Program-made: the position numbers and the translations under genes
Shown: positions 44,931-53,773 of the stretch, one piece after another
Numbering within the stretch: position 1 is the first letter of the stretch
How the letters are laid out: every line of letters begins with the position of its first letter
Source of the DNA: Candidatus Eiseniibacteriota bacterium
Lineage (GTDB): Bacteria; Eisenbacteria; RBG-16-71-46; JABDJR01
DNA length: 64,000 bases
Assembly: GCA_963762255.1 (NCBI GenBank)
Contig: CAVXKA010000003.1
Span: 64,001-128,000, forward strand
Direction of reading: 5' to 3'
The notes under the pieces: model-generated
What the model was told of the DNA's origin: nothing
What the model saw: only the letters and a program-made list of their open reading frames with translations
Database searches by the model: none

Positions 44931-45013
44931 GGAGGTGCTCCACGGACGGGGGAAGGGGAGGCGGACTTGACTCGAACGGATCGCCGGATCGTGATGCGGT
45001 CCGGCCGGTCAGA

Positions 45014-45616
45014 CTAGGCGCTGTTTGCGGCGTTCTTGGGTCCGAGACCGGTCGGTTCCGTGACCTCACCGGCCCGCGGGACTTCCTTGAGGAACTGCGA
45101 GGGCTCGGCGAGAACCTCCGCGACCTTGCCCCCCGCGTCGGGATGTACGGCGATGAGCAGCCGCTTCACGTCCTCCGCCCGCCGAGCCCCCAGACCCCAG
45201 ATGACTCGCGCGGTTTCCTGCGCGTGCCCGCTGCGAACGAGATCGGCCACGGAGGCGAGCGCGGCCCCCTGCACCGTTCGATTCGACTCGGCGAGAAGTT
45301 CGATCAACTTGGGAAGGCTGGCCGCGTGACCGACACGGCCGAGCACGCGCGCAGCCGCGGCGCGGGTGTACCACAGCCCGCTCTCCAGAAGCGGCAGTAG
45401 ACGAGGCACCGCCACATCACCGACTTCGGCCAGAGCGTTCACCGCCTGGTCGCGCAGATACCAGGAGTCGTCCTCGAGAAGTTCGACCAGGATCTCCACC
45501 GCCTTGTCGGTCTTGCGGCGGCGCAGGTCCGCGATGAGCGCGCGCTTCCCGTCGAGGTTGCGGCGCTTGAGCGCTTCGAGAAACTGATCGGGAGGAACCA
45601 TGCTCAACTCTTCCAT
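45014..45616 (-). CDS. HEAT-repeat protein
   Basis: Repeated L.D.SWY.R..A..AL units. Confidence 0.8.
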   Translation of the reverse strand: MEELSMVPPDQFLEALKRRNLDGKRALIADLRRRKTDKAVEILVELLEDDSWYLRDQAVNALAEVGDVAVPRLLPLLESGLWYTRAAAARVLGRVGHAASLPKLIELLAESNRTVQGAALASVADLVRSGHAQETARVIWGLGARRAEDVKRLLIAVHPDAGGKVAEVLAEPSQFLKEVPRAGEVTEPTGLGPKNAANSA

Positions 45617-45698
45617 GTCGGCTCCGTTCAGGAGAATTGAAGTTGCTCGCGTCGGGGCGGTGCGGGTCGAGCTCCGAACCGGCACCCGGGAGTTTCGT

Positions 45699-46703
45699 TC
45701 ACGATCCGAGCTCCTCGCTCAATTCGGTTTCAACCAAACGGTATAGGTCGCGCACGACCTCCTCAAGCCCCCGTTTGGAGTGGGACGAGATGATATACGG
45801 TTCGGTGGAAAGACGCGAGAGACCGGGGGGGGATTCTCCCGAGGGGAGCTGATCCGCCTTGCTCAAGGCCACCAGAAACGGCTTTGCCGCAAGGAGTTCC
45901 GAGTGGGAGGCCAACTCGCGGCGGAGGGTGGCCAGAGCGCGCTCCGGCTCGGGATCCACGGCATCGATGAGAAAGAGGAGCACCCGGGTCCGCTCGAGAT
46001 GGCGCAGGAACTTGATGCCGAGCCCCTTGCCTCGGCTGGCGCCCTCGATCAACCCGGGGATGTCGGCGAGGACGAAGGACCCGTACTCCCCCACCCGCAC
46101 GATTCCCAGGTAGGGCTCCAAGGTAGTGAACGGATAGTCGGCGACCTTGGGGCGCGCTGCGCTGAGCGCGGCGAGAAGGGTGGACTTGCCCGCGTTGGGG
46201 AAGCCGACGAGACCGACATCGGCCAGAAGCTTCAGGGTGAGCACGATGTCCCGCTCCTCGGCGATCCCCCCCTCCTCCGAGAACTGCGGCGACTGCAAGG
46301 TGGACGTCGCGAAGTGCTGGTTGCCTCGTCCGCCTTTCCCGCCGTGGGCCACGATGAAGCGGTCTCCGTCGCCGACGAGATCGCCGAGAATCTCGCCGCT
46401 CTCCGCGTCGCGAACCTCGGTCCCGACCGGAACGCGGATCACGAGATCATCGGCGGAGCGGCCGGTGCGCCCGGCCCCCCCGCCGTGTTGCCCCCGCTCC
46501 GCGCGATACTCACGCCGGTAGCGGAAGTCGAGGAGCGTATGGAGATTCCGGTCGGCGAGCAGCACTACATCGCCGCCGCGGCCGCCGTCGCCGCCGCTGG
46601 GTCCGCCCCGCGGCACGTATTTCTCCCGGTGGAAGGCGATGAGACCGCTCCCGCCGTTGCCCGCGATCACCCGGCAGCGCGCTTCGTCGACGAAGATGCT
46701 CAA
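45699..46703 (-). CDS. obgE: GTPase ObgE, short form
   Basis: FVDEA, GGDGGRGG, GFPNAGKST, YPFTT and DIPG; TTG overlaps the upstream stop. Confidence 0.96.
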   Translation of the reverse strand: MSIFVDEARCRVIAGNGGSGLIAFHREKYVPRGGPSGGDGGRGGDVVLLADRNLHTLLDFRYRREYRAERGQHGGGAGRTGRSADDLVIRVPVGTEVRDAESGEILGDLVGDGDRFIVAHGGKGGRGNQHFATSTLQSPQFSEEGGIAEERDIVLTLKLLADVGLVGFPNAGKSTLLAALSAARPKVADYPFTTLEPYLGIVRVGEYGSFVLADIPGLIEGASRGKGLGIKFLRHLERTRVLLFLIDAVDPEPERALATLRRELASHSELLAAKPFLVALSKADQLPSGESPPGLSRLSTEPYIISSHSKRGLEEVVRDLYRLVETELSEELGS

Positions 46704-47053
46704 TGGCTGCTCGACTTTCCCTTGGCGGTCTTGGGCTTCTGCTTGGTGTCCTTCGGCTTCTCCGCCTTGGCCGCGCTCTCGGGCTTCGCGCCCCCCTCGA
46801 CCTTGGCGGCGCTTCCTTCGATCTTCGCCGGCGCACCCGAGTCGGACTTGGCATCCCGACGGTAGTCTTTGCTGCGATAGTCGGTGGCGTAGAACCCGCT
46901 CCCCTTGAAGATGATGCCGGCGCCGGTACCGATGAGGCGCTTGACCTTGCGTCCCTTGCACTTCGGGCAGGTCTTCAGCGGCGGGTCGTTGATGCCTTGA
47001 AATCTCTCGAAGGTATGTCCGCACTTCGGGCATTCATAGTCGTAGGTCGGCAT
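46700..47053 (-). CDS. FmdB-family zinc ribbon protein with a Lys-rich tail
   Basis: MPTYDYECPKCGH...CPKC...FKGSGFYATDY. Confidence 0.92.
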   Translation of the reverse strand: MPTYDYECPKCGHTFERFQGINDPPLKTCPKCKGRKVKRLIGTGAGIIFKGSGFYATDYRSKDYRRDAKSDSGAPAKIEGSAAKVEGGAKPESAAKAEKPKDTKQKPKTAKGKSSSH

Positions 47054-47072
47054 GCTCTGTCTCGCGTTCCCT

Positions 47073-47552
47073 TCAGCGGTTGTATTTCTTGCGCAGCGCT
47101 TCCAATACCGGCGCCGGCACCAGACCGGAGACGTCGCCGCCAAGCCGCGCGACTTCCTTGATCACGCTCGAGTTGAGATAGGAGTACTCCGCGCTCGGCA
47201 TGAAGAAGAGCGTCTCCACCTGGGGGGCGAGGCGGTAGTTCATGAGCGCAAGCTGCAGCTCGTATTCGAAATCGCTCACGAAGCGCAGACCGCGCACGAT
47301 GGCCGCCGCACCTCGCTCCCGCGCGAAATTCACGAGGAGGCCGTCCATGACCTCGATTCTGGCCCCGGGGATTCCCTCCACGGCCGCGCGCAGGAAATCC
47401 TGGCGCTCCTCGAGCGTGAAGAGGGGCTCCTTGTGATAGGCCCTCGCCACGGCCACCGTCACCTCGTCCAGCACCTTGAGTGAACGGCGCAGGATGTCGA
47501 GATGCCCCTCCGTCACCGGATCGAACGTCCCCGGGAAGATGCCACGTCGCAT
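47073..47552 (-). CDS. coaD: Phosphopantetheine adenylyltransferase
   Basis: PGTFDPVTEGH and RGLR.VSDFEYE. Confidence 0.96.
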   Translation of the reverse strand: MRRGIFPGTFDPVTEGHLDILRRSLKVLDEVTVAVARAYHKEPLFTLEERQDFLRAAVEGIPGARIEVMDGLLVNFARERGAAAIVRGLRFVSDFEYELQLALMNYRLAPQVETLFFMPSAEYSYLNSSVIKEVARLGGDVSGLVPAPVLEALRKKYNR

Positions 47553-47563
47553 ACGGATCCCTT

Positions 47564-48160
47564 TCACTCACCCACCGGAGGCGCGGCGCCCGCCCACCGG
47601 AAGAATGACAACGTCGTGTCGCCGTAACGCCGGCGCTGGAGCGCTTCCCAGGCCGTGTGGACCGGCTCGGCCCCGGTTTCGTGCTCGATCACCAGCCACC
47701 CGTCCGCGGCAAGCGCCTCGCACCGGGCCAGAGCGTCGAGAAACCGTTCCGGCCAGCCGCGCCGGTACGGCGGATCGGCGAGGATCACGCCGGCCGGCTG
47801 CGCATCCCCGCGCCACGAGACTGGGCGCAACGCGTCTCCTGCCACGACCCGCGCCTCGACCGGGCTTCCGACCCGCTGGAGGTTGCGCCGCAGGACGGCC
47901 AAGCTGGCCGGCTCGTGCTCCACGAATACGATCTCGGCCGCACCCCGACTCAAGGCCTCGATGCCCAGAGCGCCCGTGCCCGCGAAGGCGTCCACGACAC
48001 GCGCTCCCTCCAGGCGTGCACCCAGGATGGAGAAGAGGGCTTCCTTGACCTTGTCCGATGTGGGACGGAGGTCGAGCCCGGGAAGGGTCTCCAGCTTCAG
48101 GCCTCGGAAGCGGCCCCCGGTCACCCGGACCCCGGCGCCTCGGCTTGCCTCACTCGCCAT
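47564..48160 (-). CDS. rsmD: 16S rRNA m2G966 methyltransferase
   Basis: RPTSDKVKEALF, FAGTGALGIEALSRG and DPPY. Confidence 0.95.
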   Translation of the reverse strand: MASEASRGAGVRVTGGRFRGLKLETLPGLDLRPTSDKVKEALFSILGARLEGARVVDAFAGTGALGIEALSRGAAEIVFVEHEPASLAVLRRNLQRVGSPVEARVVAGDALRPVSWRGDAQPAGVILADPPYRRGWPERFLDALARCEALAADGWLVIEHETGAEPVHTAWEALQRRRYGDTTLSFFRWAGAAPPVGE

Positions 48161-48216
48161 GCGATGTGGACCCTCCCCGGCGCCGCAGCACGCGGGCTAA
48201 CTTGGCGGAAGGCAAG

Positions 48217-48245
48217 AAGCTAGCAGAGGGCCAGGAGCGAGTCAA
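48217..48245 (-). promoter_or_regulatory. sigma70-type promoter for the rsmD operon
   Basis: TTGACT-17 nt-TAGCTT. Confidence 0.55.
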
Positions 48246-48269
48246 CCGGGGGCGGTGCGGCCCCCCGGC

Positions 48270-48797
48270 TCAGAACGTGCTGAGAATCTCGATGATCTCG
48301 TCGCGGAGGTCTTCCGGGGCCGTTTCCCGGCGGCAGTCGATCGCGCGATGGCAGGCTTGCGCGTAGAGCGGATCGCGGCGCGAGGCGAGCCCCCGCAGCA
48401 CGAACAACGGGTCGCCTCCCGTCAGGAGCGGGCGCCCCTTTCCGCCCGCGAGCCGCCGGGCGGCCTCCTCGGGAGCGATGCGCAACCAGACGACGGTGAA
48501 CGCCTCGCGCAACCGGAGGATGTTCCCCTCGCCGGTCACCATCCCCCCGCCGGTGGCGACGACGAAGGGGGGCGGCGTCTCGGCGAGATCCGCCAGCACG
48601 CGCGCTTCGCGAGCCCGGAAACCGGCCTCGCCCTCCGCGGCGAAGAGACGCGGAATCGTGAGCCCGCTCTCGCGCTCGACGAGGATATCCGCGTCATGAA
48701 ACGGCCAGGAGAGCGCGGCGGCGACCAGACGACCGACCCGGGTCTTGCCCGCACCCATGAGACCGACCAGCGCCAGGCGGCAAACGACAAGCGGCAT
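48270..48797 (-). CDS. aroK: Shikimate kinase
   Basis: GLMGAGKT, GEAGFR, ATGGG and RPLL; follows pilQ. Confidence 0.94.
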   Translation of the reverse strand: MPLVVCRLALVGLMGAGKTRVGRLVAAALSWPFHDADILVERESGLTIPRLFAAEGEAGFRAREARVLADLAETPPPFVVATGGGMVTGEGNILRLREAFTVVWLRIAPEEAARRLAGGKGRPLLTGGDPLFVLRGLASRRDPLYAQACHRAIDCRRETAPEDLRDEIIEILSTF

Positions 48798-48824
48798 GAC
48801 CTCATGCTAGCCCATGCCCGCCCC

Positions 48825-48873
48825 AAAGAAGAAGGGCGCCGCCGTGCCCTCCAGCCTCGGCGGCGCCCTCTTC
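48825..48873 (-). terminator. Terminator-like hairpin after pilQ
   Basis: AGGGCGCCGCCG...CGGCGGCGCCCT followed by TCTTCTTT. Confidence 0.55.
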
Positions 48874-48902
48874 AAGTGCTCGGGGTCGTCCCCCGACCTA
48901 CC

Positions 48903-50690
48903 CTATTCTGACGAGGTCTGCGCCGCGTCGAAGGAGTTGATGATGCGCGGGGTCACGAAGATGAGCAGCTCGCGCTTTTCCTTGACCTCGGAAGTCTGCC
49001 GGAAGAGCCCGCCGATGAGCGGGAGGTTCTTCAGGAACGGCACTCCTCGATTCAGGGTCGTGGTGTTGGACCGGATCAGACCGCCGATGACCGCGGTCTC
49101 GCCGTTGCCCACCATCACTCGCGTGTCCGCCTCGCTCGTCGTGATGATCACGCCGCCCTGCACCGTGGCCTGACTCGAGAGGTCGCTGACCTCGGGGTGC
49201 AGGTCCAGAGTGATGCGGTTGTTGTCGTTGATGTGCGGCGTCACCCGCATGGTGATGCCGATGGTGGTGAGCTGGGTCACCGCGTTACCGGCCTCGTCGA
49301 GCGTGATGAGCGGGATCTTCTTGCCGACCAGGATGCGCGCTTCGCGGTTGTTCACCGTGGTGATGCGCGGGTTGGAAATGATGTTGGCCTTGTTGTCCTG
49401 CTCCAGGGCCTTCAGCATCCCCGATACCGCACCCCAGGACTTGACGAGCCCGAAGCGGACGGTCCCGGTGGGATTCGCCACGTCGCCGGAGCCCGCGCTC
49501 CCCTCGATCGATGCGCCTCCGCTGGAGTGGAGCCCCGCGGCTTCCCAGAGCACCCCGAGGTCCTTCGAGTAGCGGGCGTCTACGTCCACCAACTTGGCCA
49601 CGATCTCGACCTGCGGAGTCTGCGAATCGAGGTGCTGGATCATCTGCACCGCCGACTCGACGCGGCTGGGAATGTCGCTCACCACCAGCGAGTTCGTGCG
49701 CTGATCGACCTCGATCTGGCCGCGCTTGCCGAGGCTCTTCTGAATCGGCACCTGAAGTTCGGCGGCGTTCGCGTACACGACCTGCACGATGCGAGTCGTG
49801 AGCGGCATCACGTCTTCGAGCAACCGGTCGGCGGAGGTCCGTTCGAGTTCCTCCTTGCGGAGGTTCTCCTCGGTATCGACGCGAATGATACCGTTCTCCT
49901 CGCTGTACCAGAGGTGATTGCTCCGGAGCACCATCTCCAGAGCCTCTCCCCACGGCACGTTTTCCAGATGCACCGATACCGGATCCTTGACCGCATTGCG
50001 GACATCGTAGCCCATGACGATGTTCACGCCGCTGTACTCCGAAATGCTCCGCAGCACGGTGTAGATGTCGGCGACCTGAATGTCGAGGCTCACCCTCGAT
50101 CCGCCCCGGCTGGCGAGACTCGAGTGTTCCTGAACGTTGAAGCTCGCCACCGCGGGGTCGGTGCGGGTGTAGTCGGCGGCATAATCCGGGCGCGTGGGGA
50201 GGGCGTACTCGAAACGCTCCTCCGCCGGAGTGAGATCCTGAGCCTTCTCGGGCTCGGGGGCGGCGCTCGGAGCCAATCCGCCGCTCACCTCCGGACGGAG
50301 CGTGATCATCACGCCGTCCTCGACTTCCCGAACCTCCGACACAACCGGACGCTGGAGCTGTACGGACAGGCGGGTCAACGCATGCGCGCCGTCCCCCTTC
50401 CACACACTCGCCTCCATGCCGCCGGCCAGTCCCTCGCCGGCCGGGAGATCCGCCAACGCCACCGCGTCCACTCCTTCGAGATCGACGTAGAGGCGCGCCG
50501 GATCCTGAAGGACGAAGTGACTGAATTCCACGGGCTCATCGAGCGTCACGTGGATTCGGGTCACATCGCCCTCGGTGGATACCGACATCCCTGTCAGAGT
50601 GGCGGCGGCGGACCACCCCGCCGTGATCGCCGCTCCGAAGAGACAGAGGGCGGCGGTGCGAACCGCGGCGCTCAAGTTACCGTTTCTCAT
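48903..50690 (-). CDS. pilQ: Type IV pilus secretin with an AMIN domain
   Basis: AMIN (LQDPARLYVDL), N0/N3 (VPW.EAL, DQRTNSL) and secretin (GETAVIGGL, VPFL..LP..G.LF, ELLIFVTPRI). Confidence 0.95.
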   Translation of the reverse strand: MRNGNLSAAVRTAALCLFGAAITAGWSAAATLTGMSVSTEGDVTRIHVTLDEPVEFSHFVLQDPARLYVDLEGVDAVALADLPAGEGLAGGMEASVWKGDGAHALTRLSVQLQRPVVSEVREVEDGVMITLRPEVSGGLAPSAAPEPEKAQDLTPAEERFEYALPTRPDYAADYTRTDPAVASFNVQEHSSLASRGGSRVSLDIQVADIYTVLRSISEYSGVNIVMGYDVRNAVKDPVSVHLENVPWGEALEMVLRSNHLWYSEENGIIRVDTEENLRKEELERTSADRLLEDVMPLTTRIVQVVYANAAELQVPIQKSLGKRGQIEVDQRTNSLVVSDIPSRVESAVQMIQHLDSQTPQVEIVAKLVDVDARYSKDLGVLWEAAGLHSSGGASIEGSAGSGDVANPTGTVRFGLVKSWGAVSGMLKALEQDNKANIISNPRITTVNNREARILVGKKIPLITLDEAGNAVTQLTTIGITMRVTPHINDNNRITLDLHPEVSDLSSQATVQGGVIITTSEADTRVMVGNGETAVIGGLIRSNTTTLNRGVPFLKNLPLIGGLFRQTSEVKEKRELLIFVTPRIINSFDAAQTSSE

Positions 50691-51168
50691 GGGAACCCTC
50701 TCCTTCATGGATCTGGATCGTCACGTTGGCGGTTTCACCGAAGAAGTAGTGCTGTACGGTGAGACTGGTCTGCGTGATCTCAACGACTTTGCCGTTCACC
50801 ATGCGGTCGCCGATGCGCAGGGTATGCACGTTGTCGCGCTTGTCCTGTACGACCGCAAACTTGTCATTCTCGCCCCAAACCACACCGACCAGGATCAGCT
50901 CGCCGATGTCGAGAAGATCGTCGCTGCCGGTGCTGGCGAATCTTCCCTTGAGCAACGAACCGAAGGGATCGCGCCGCGAGAAGCTCGTGTAGAAATAGTG
51001 CCCGCGGCTCAGGAGCAGCTCGTCCCCCACCGTAGCGGGAGCCTTCAACACGGTGTTGGAGTCGTCGCCGCCGCCGCCGGTCGCGGCGGGAGGCGCGGCG
51101 AAGACCGCCGAAGCGCTCACGACGAGCCCGACCAGGGCCAGCGCGCGCAGCAGGTGCTTAGCTCTCAT
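50677..51168 (-). CDS. pilP: PilP-like pilus assembly protein
   Basis: RRDPF motif, L.LVGVVW, position between pilO and pilQ. Confidence 0.75.
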   Translation of the reverse strand: MRAKHLLRALALVGLVVSASAVFAAPPAATGGGGDDSNTVLKAPATVGDELLLSRGHYFYTSFSRRDPFGSLLKGRFASTGSDDLLDIGELILVGVVWGENDKFAVVQDKRDNVHTLRIGDRMVNGKVVEITQTSLTVQHYFFGETANVTIQIHEGEGSHEKR

Positions 51169-51895
51169 TCTTCTTGCCTCCCTCACGCTTGGACGGCCGC
51201 TTGGCTCCCTTGTCCACCTTGGTTCCGTCGTCGACCAGCTTCGCTTCCTTCCCGGAACCCTCCGGCGCACTCTCCTTCACATCGCGGACCGCGTCCGGTT
51301 CGGACGCCGCTTCCGCGGGCGGAGGAGCGCTGGGGTTCAAGGTGTACGCGGTGGCGGTGAAGAGGGCCTCCACGGTCAACCGCTGGGCCTCTTCATCGCT
51401 GTTGGCGGTCAGGGCGAGGTTGGAGACGTTGACGATGCGATCGAGGTTGGCCACTTCGGCGAGGAAACTGCCGACCTGGTGGTATCCCCCGAGCACCCTC
51501 ACCTCCACCGGGTTCTCGTTGTAGAGTTCGCCCGACACGACCGCCTTCGGCCGGAAGAGCAGGAACTCCACGCCCGATTGCTGCCCGACGAGGGTCACCT
51601 TGCGCAGGAGTTCGGCAACCTCTTTCTCCTCGGGGAGCAGCTCGGCCGCGACCTGCCAGCGCTGGCTGAGGATCTCGTACTGGCGCTCCACTTCGGCGAG
51701 GTTGTTCAGGGTCTGCCGCGCCTTGCTGAGGTCGGCGGAAAGCTGGCGGTACTCCTGCTCGAGAGCCGCCCGATCGGCGGCCACCGCTCGGTGCCCGAAC
51801 GGCACGAACGTGCTGAAGAAGTACAGGTAGAGGATGGCCGCAGCCGCAATGCCGGCCAGCACCATCCTCTGGGTGCGCGCGTTGTGCAAATCCAT
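51158..51895 (-). CDS. pilO: Type IV pilus assembly protein PilO
   Basis: TM, coiled coil, LPEEKEVAELL and GGYHQVGSFL...L.RIVNV. Confidence 0.92.
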   Translation of the reverse strand: MDLHNARTQRMVLAGIAAAAILYLYFFSTFVPFGHRAVAADRAALEQEYRQLSADLSKARQTLNNLAEVERQYEILSQRWQVAAELLPEEKEVAELLRKVTLVGQQSGVEFLLFRPKAVVSGELYNENPVEVRVLGGYHQVGSFLAEVANLDRIVNVSNLALTANSDEEAQRLTVEALFTATAYTLNPSAPPPAEAASEPDAVRDVKESAPEGSGKEAKLVDDGTKVDKGAKRPSKREGGKKNES

Positions 51896-51898
51896 GGC

Positions 51899-52513
51899 CT
51901 AGTTCGCCTCCTCAAGCATTTCGTCCAGGATCGCCTCGGCGCTGAAGTCGGAGGGCGCCTCGTCGGGGGTCAGTTGCGCGGTGACCGCGAACTGCACCAC
52001 CTGGCGTCCGTCGATCTCGCCGCGTTGGGTGCTGATCAGGTCCACGCCGGCGAACATGGGCGACCGTTCCAACCGCATCATGAAGTCGGCGACGATGAGG
52101 TTGGAGAAGGTGACCCCTTCTACGCTGACATTCGCCGGGCCCTGCTGGGTGAGCTTGGTCAACCAGAGGTACTGCGGGGTCTCGCGGCTCAGGTCGTCCA
52201 TGGTCCGCACCCCGAGGCAACGCCCCTCGTCGAGCTGCCGGATGACGTTCAACCGGCGCTCCAGCTCTTCCCGCTGGGCGGTGAGCTTCTTCACACGGTC
52301 GACCTGCGGTTGAATCGCCCGCACCTCGTCGCGGATCTCGGAGACGTCGCTGCGAAGCGCCGCCACTTTGGTCCGCTCGAGAGCGGCGGTGACCCCCACC
52401 AGCACCACGACCGCCACCAGAGCGGCAAGCGGGGCCAGCGACGCCGCTTTGGGCAGCGCGAACTTGCGGGTGGTGGCGCGCTCTTCCTTGGGAAGTAGAT
52501 TGATCCGGATCAT
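51899..52513 (-). CDS. pilN: Type IV pilus assembly protein PilN
   Basis: MIRINLLP, TM, coiled coil. Confidence 0.93.
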   Translation of the reverse strand: MIRINLLPKEERATTRKFALPKAASLAPLAALVAVVVLVGVTAALERTKVAALRSDVSEIRDEVRAIQPQVDRVKKLTAQREELERRLNVIRQLDEGRCLGVRTMDDLSRETPQYLWLTKLTQQGPANVSVEGVTFSNLIVADFMMRLERSPMFAGVDLISTQRGEIDGRQVVQFAVTAQLTPDEAPSDFSAEAILDEMLEEAN

Positions 52514-53556
52514 CGGTCATCGACCTTTCTCAGGGCGAGCCCCAGGCCGACCGTGAGGCTGGAGGCCACCGTTTCCGGCCTCCGGTCTCCGAACAGCGCC
52601 GGGTCGTACTGGACGCGCTTGAGAGGGTTGGCGATCTCCACCGGAGCCCGGTGGCGCTCGGTGAGGAACGGAACGAGGCCGGGAATGTGCACGCCGCCTC
52701 CGGTGAGGAGGATTCGCGAGAGAGGCTGAGTCTCACCCGAGGTCTGCAAGTAGAGGATCGATCGCTCGATCCCCATCGCCAGTTCCTCGGCGGTCAGACG
52801 CACGACCTGCCCCAGATCGAACTCCACCTGCTCGTTGCCGCGCACTGCCGCCTCGGCTTCGGCCTGGCTCACGTTGTACGTCTTTTGCACGGCGTCGATG
52901 AAATTGATGCCGCCCAGGCTGAGATCCTGGGTGTAGAGCGGAACGCCGTTCTTCACGATGTTGATGTTGGAGATCTCGGAACCGATGTCGACCATCGCCA
53001 CGACCTCGTCGGCGGCGAAGTCGTAGTTGAGGCTCAAGATGTTCTGGACGGCGAACGCGTCGACGTCGAGCACGAGCGGGCTCAAGCCCGCCTCGCGCAG
53101 GAGGTCCGCGTAGGAGACGAGCATCTCGCGCTTGGCGGCGACGAGAAGAACTTCCATCCGCTTGGGATCGGTGTTGCCGTCGAGGATCTGAAAGTCGAGG
53201 CAGACCTCGTTGATGTCGTAGGGGACGTGCTGCTCCGCTTCCCAGTTGATCGCTTCGCGCGCGTCTTCCGGAGTCATGCGGTCCATCTGGATCTTCTTCA
53301 CAATGACCGCGCGGCCGGAAACCGCCGAGGCCACGTACCGGGTCTTGACCCGCTTGGACTCGAACAGATTCTGGATGGTCTCGACCACCAGTTGCCGGTC
53401 CATGATCTCGCCGTCCACGATCGCCTCGGGGAGGAGTTCGGCGATGCCGAAGTCCTTCAGCCGGACCTCGCTCCCCGATCGCTCCGCCTGCACGAGCTTG
53501 ATCGAGCTGGACCCGATGTCCAAACCGACGATGGGTTTCTGACGATTGAAAAGCAT
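52510..53556 (-). CDS. pilM: Type IV pilus assembly protein PilM
   Basis: GLDIGSSSIK, LLVAAK, DIG, LTGGG and GLALR. Confidence 0.95.
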   Translation of the reverse strand: MLFNRQKPIVGLDIGSSSIKLVQAERSGSEVRLKDFGIAELLPEAIVDGEIMDRQLVVETIQNLFESKRVKTRYVASAVSGRAVIVKKIQMDRMTPEDAREAINWEAEQHVPYDINEVCLDFQILDGNTDPKRMEVLLVAAKREMLVSYADLLREAGLSPLVLDVDAFAVQNILSLNYDFAADEVVAMVDIGSEISNINIVKNGVPLYTQDLSLGGINFIDAVQKTYNVSQAEAEAAVRGNEQVEFDLGQVVRLTAEELAMGIERSILYLQTSGETQPLSRILLTGGGVHIPGLVPFLTERHRAPVEIANPLKRVQYDPALFGDRRPETVASSLTVGLGLALRKVDDR

Positions 53557-53773
53557 GTTCGCCACCAGCCCCTCTTGAGGTCCCGAGATGTGGGTGGAGC
53601 CCGGTCCTTGACTTGGCTCCCGCGATCCCTGGATGCTTGGCCCTCGCTCCGCCCGCCTGTGGGACGGGGACCGGGCAACCCGGCCTTGGCCCGGGGCGCC
53701 GCACGGGCGCCGAGCCACAGCAGAGCGATAGACCCTCTCCAGGGGGTTCTGCCGTCATGGATCGGATTCGGCC

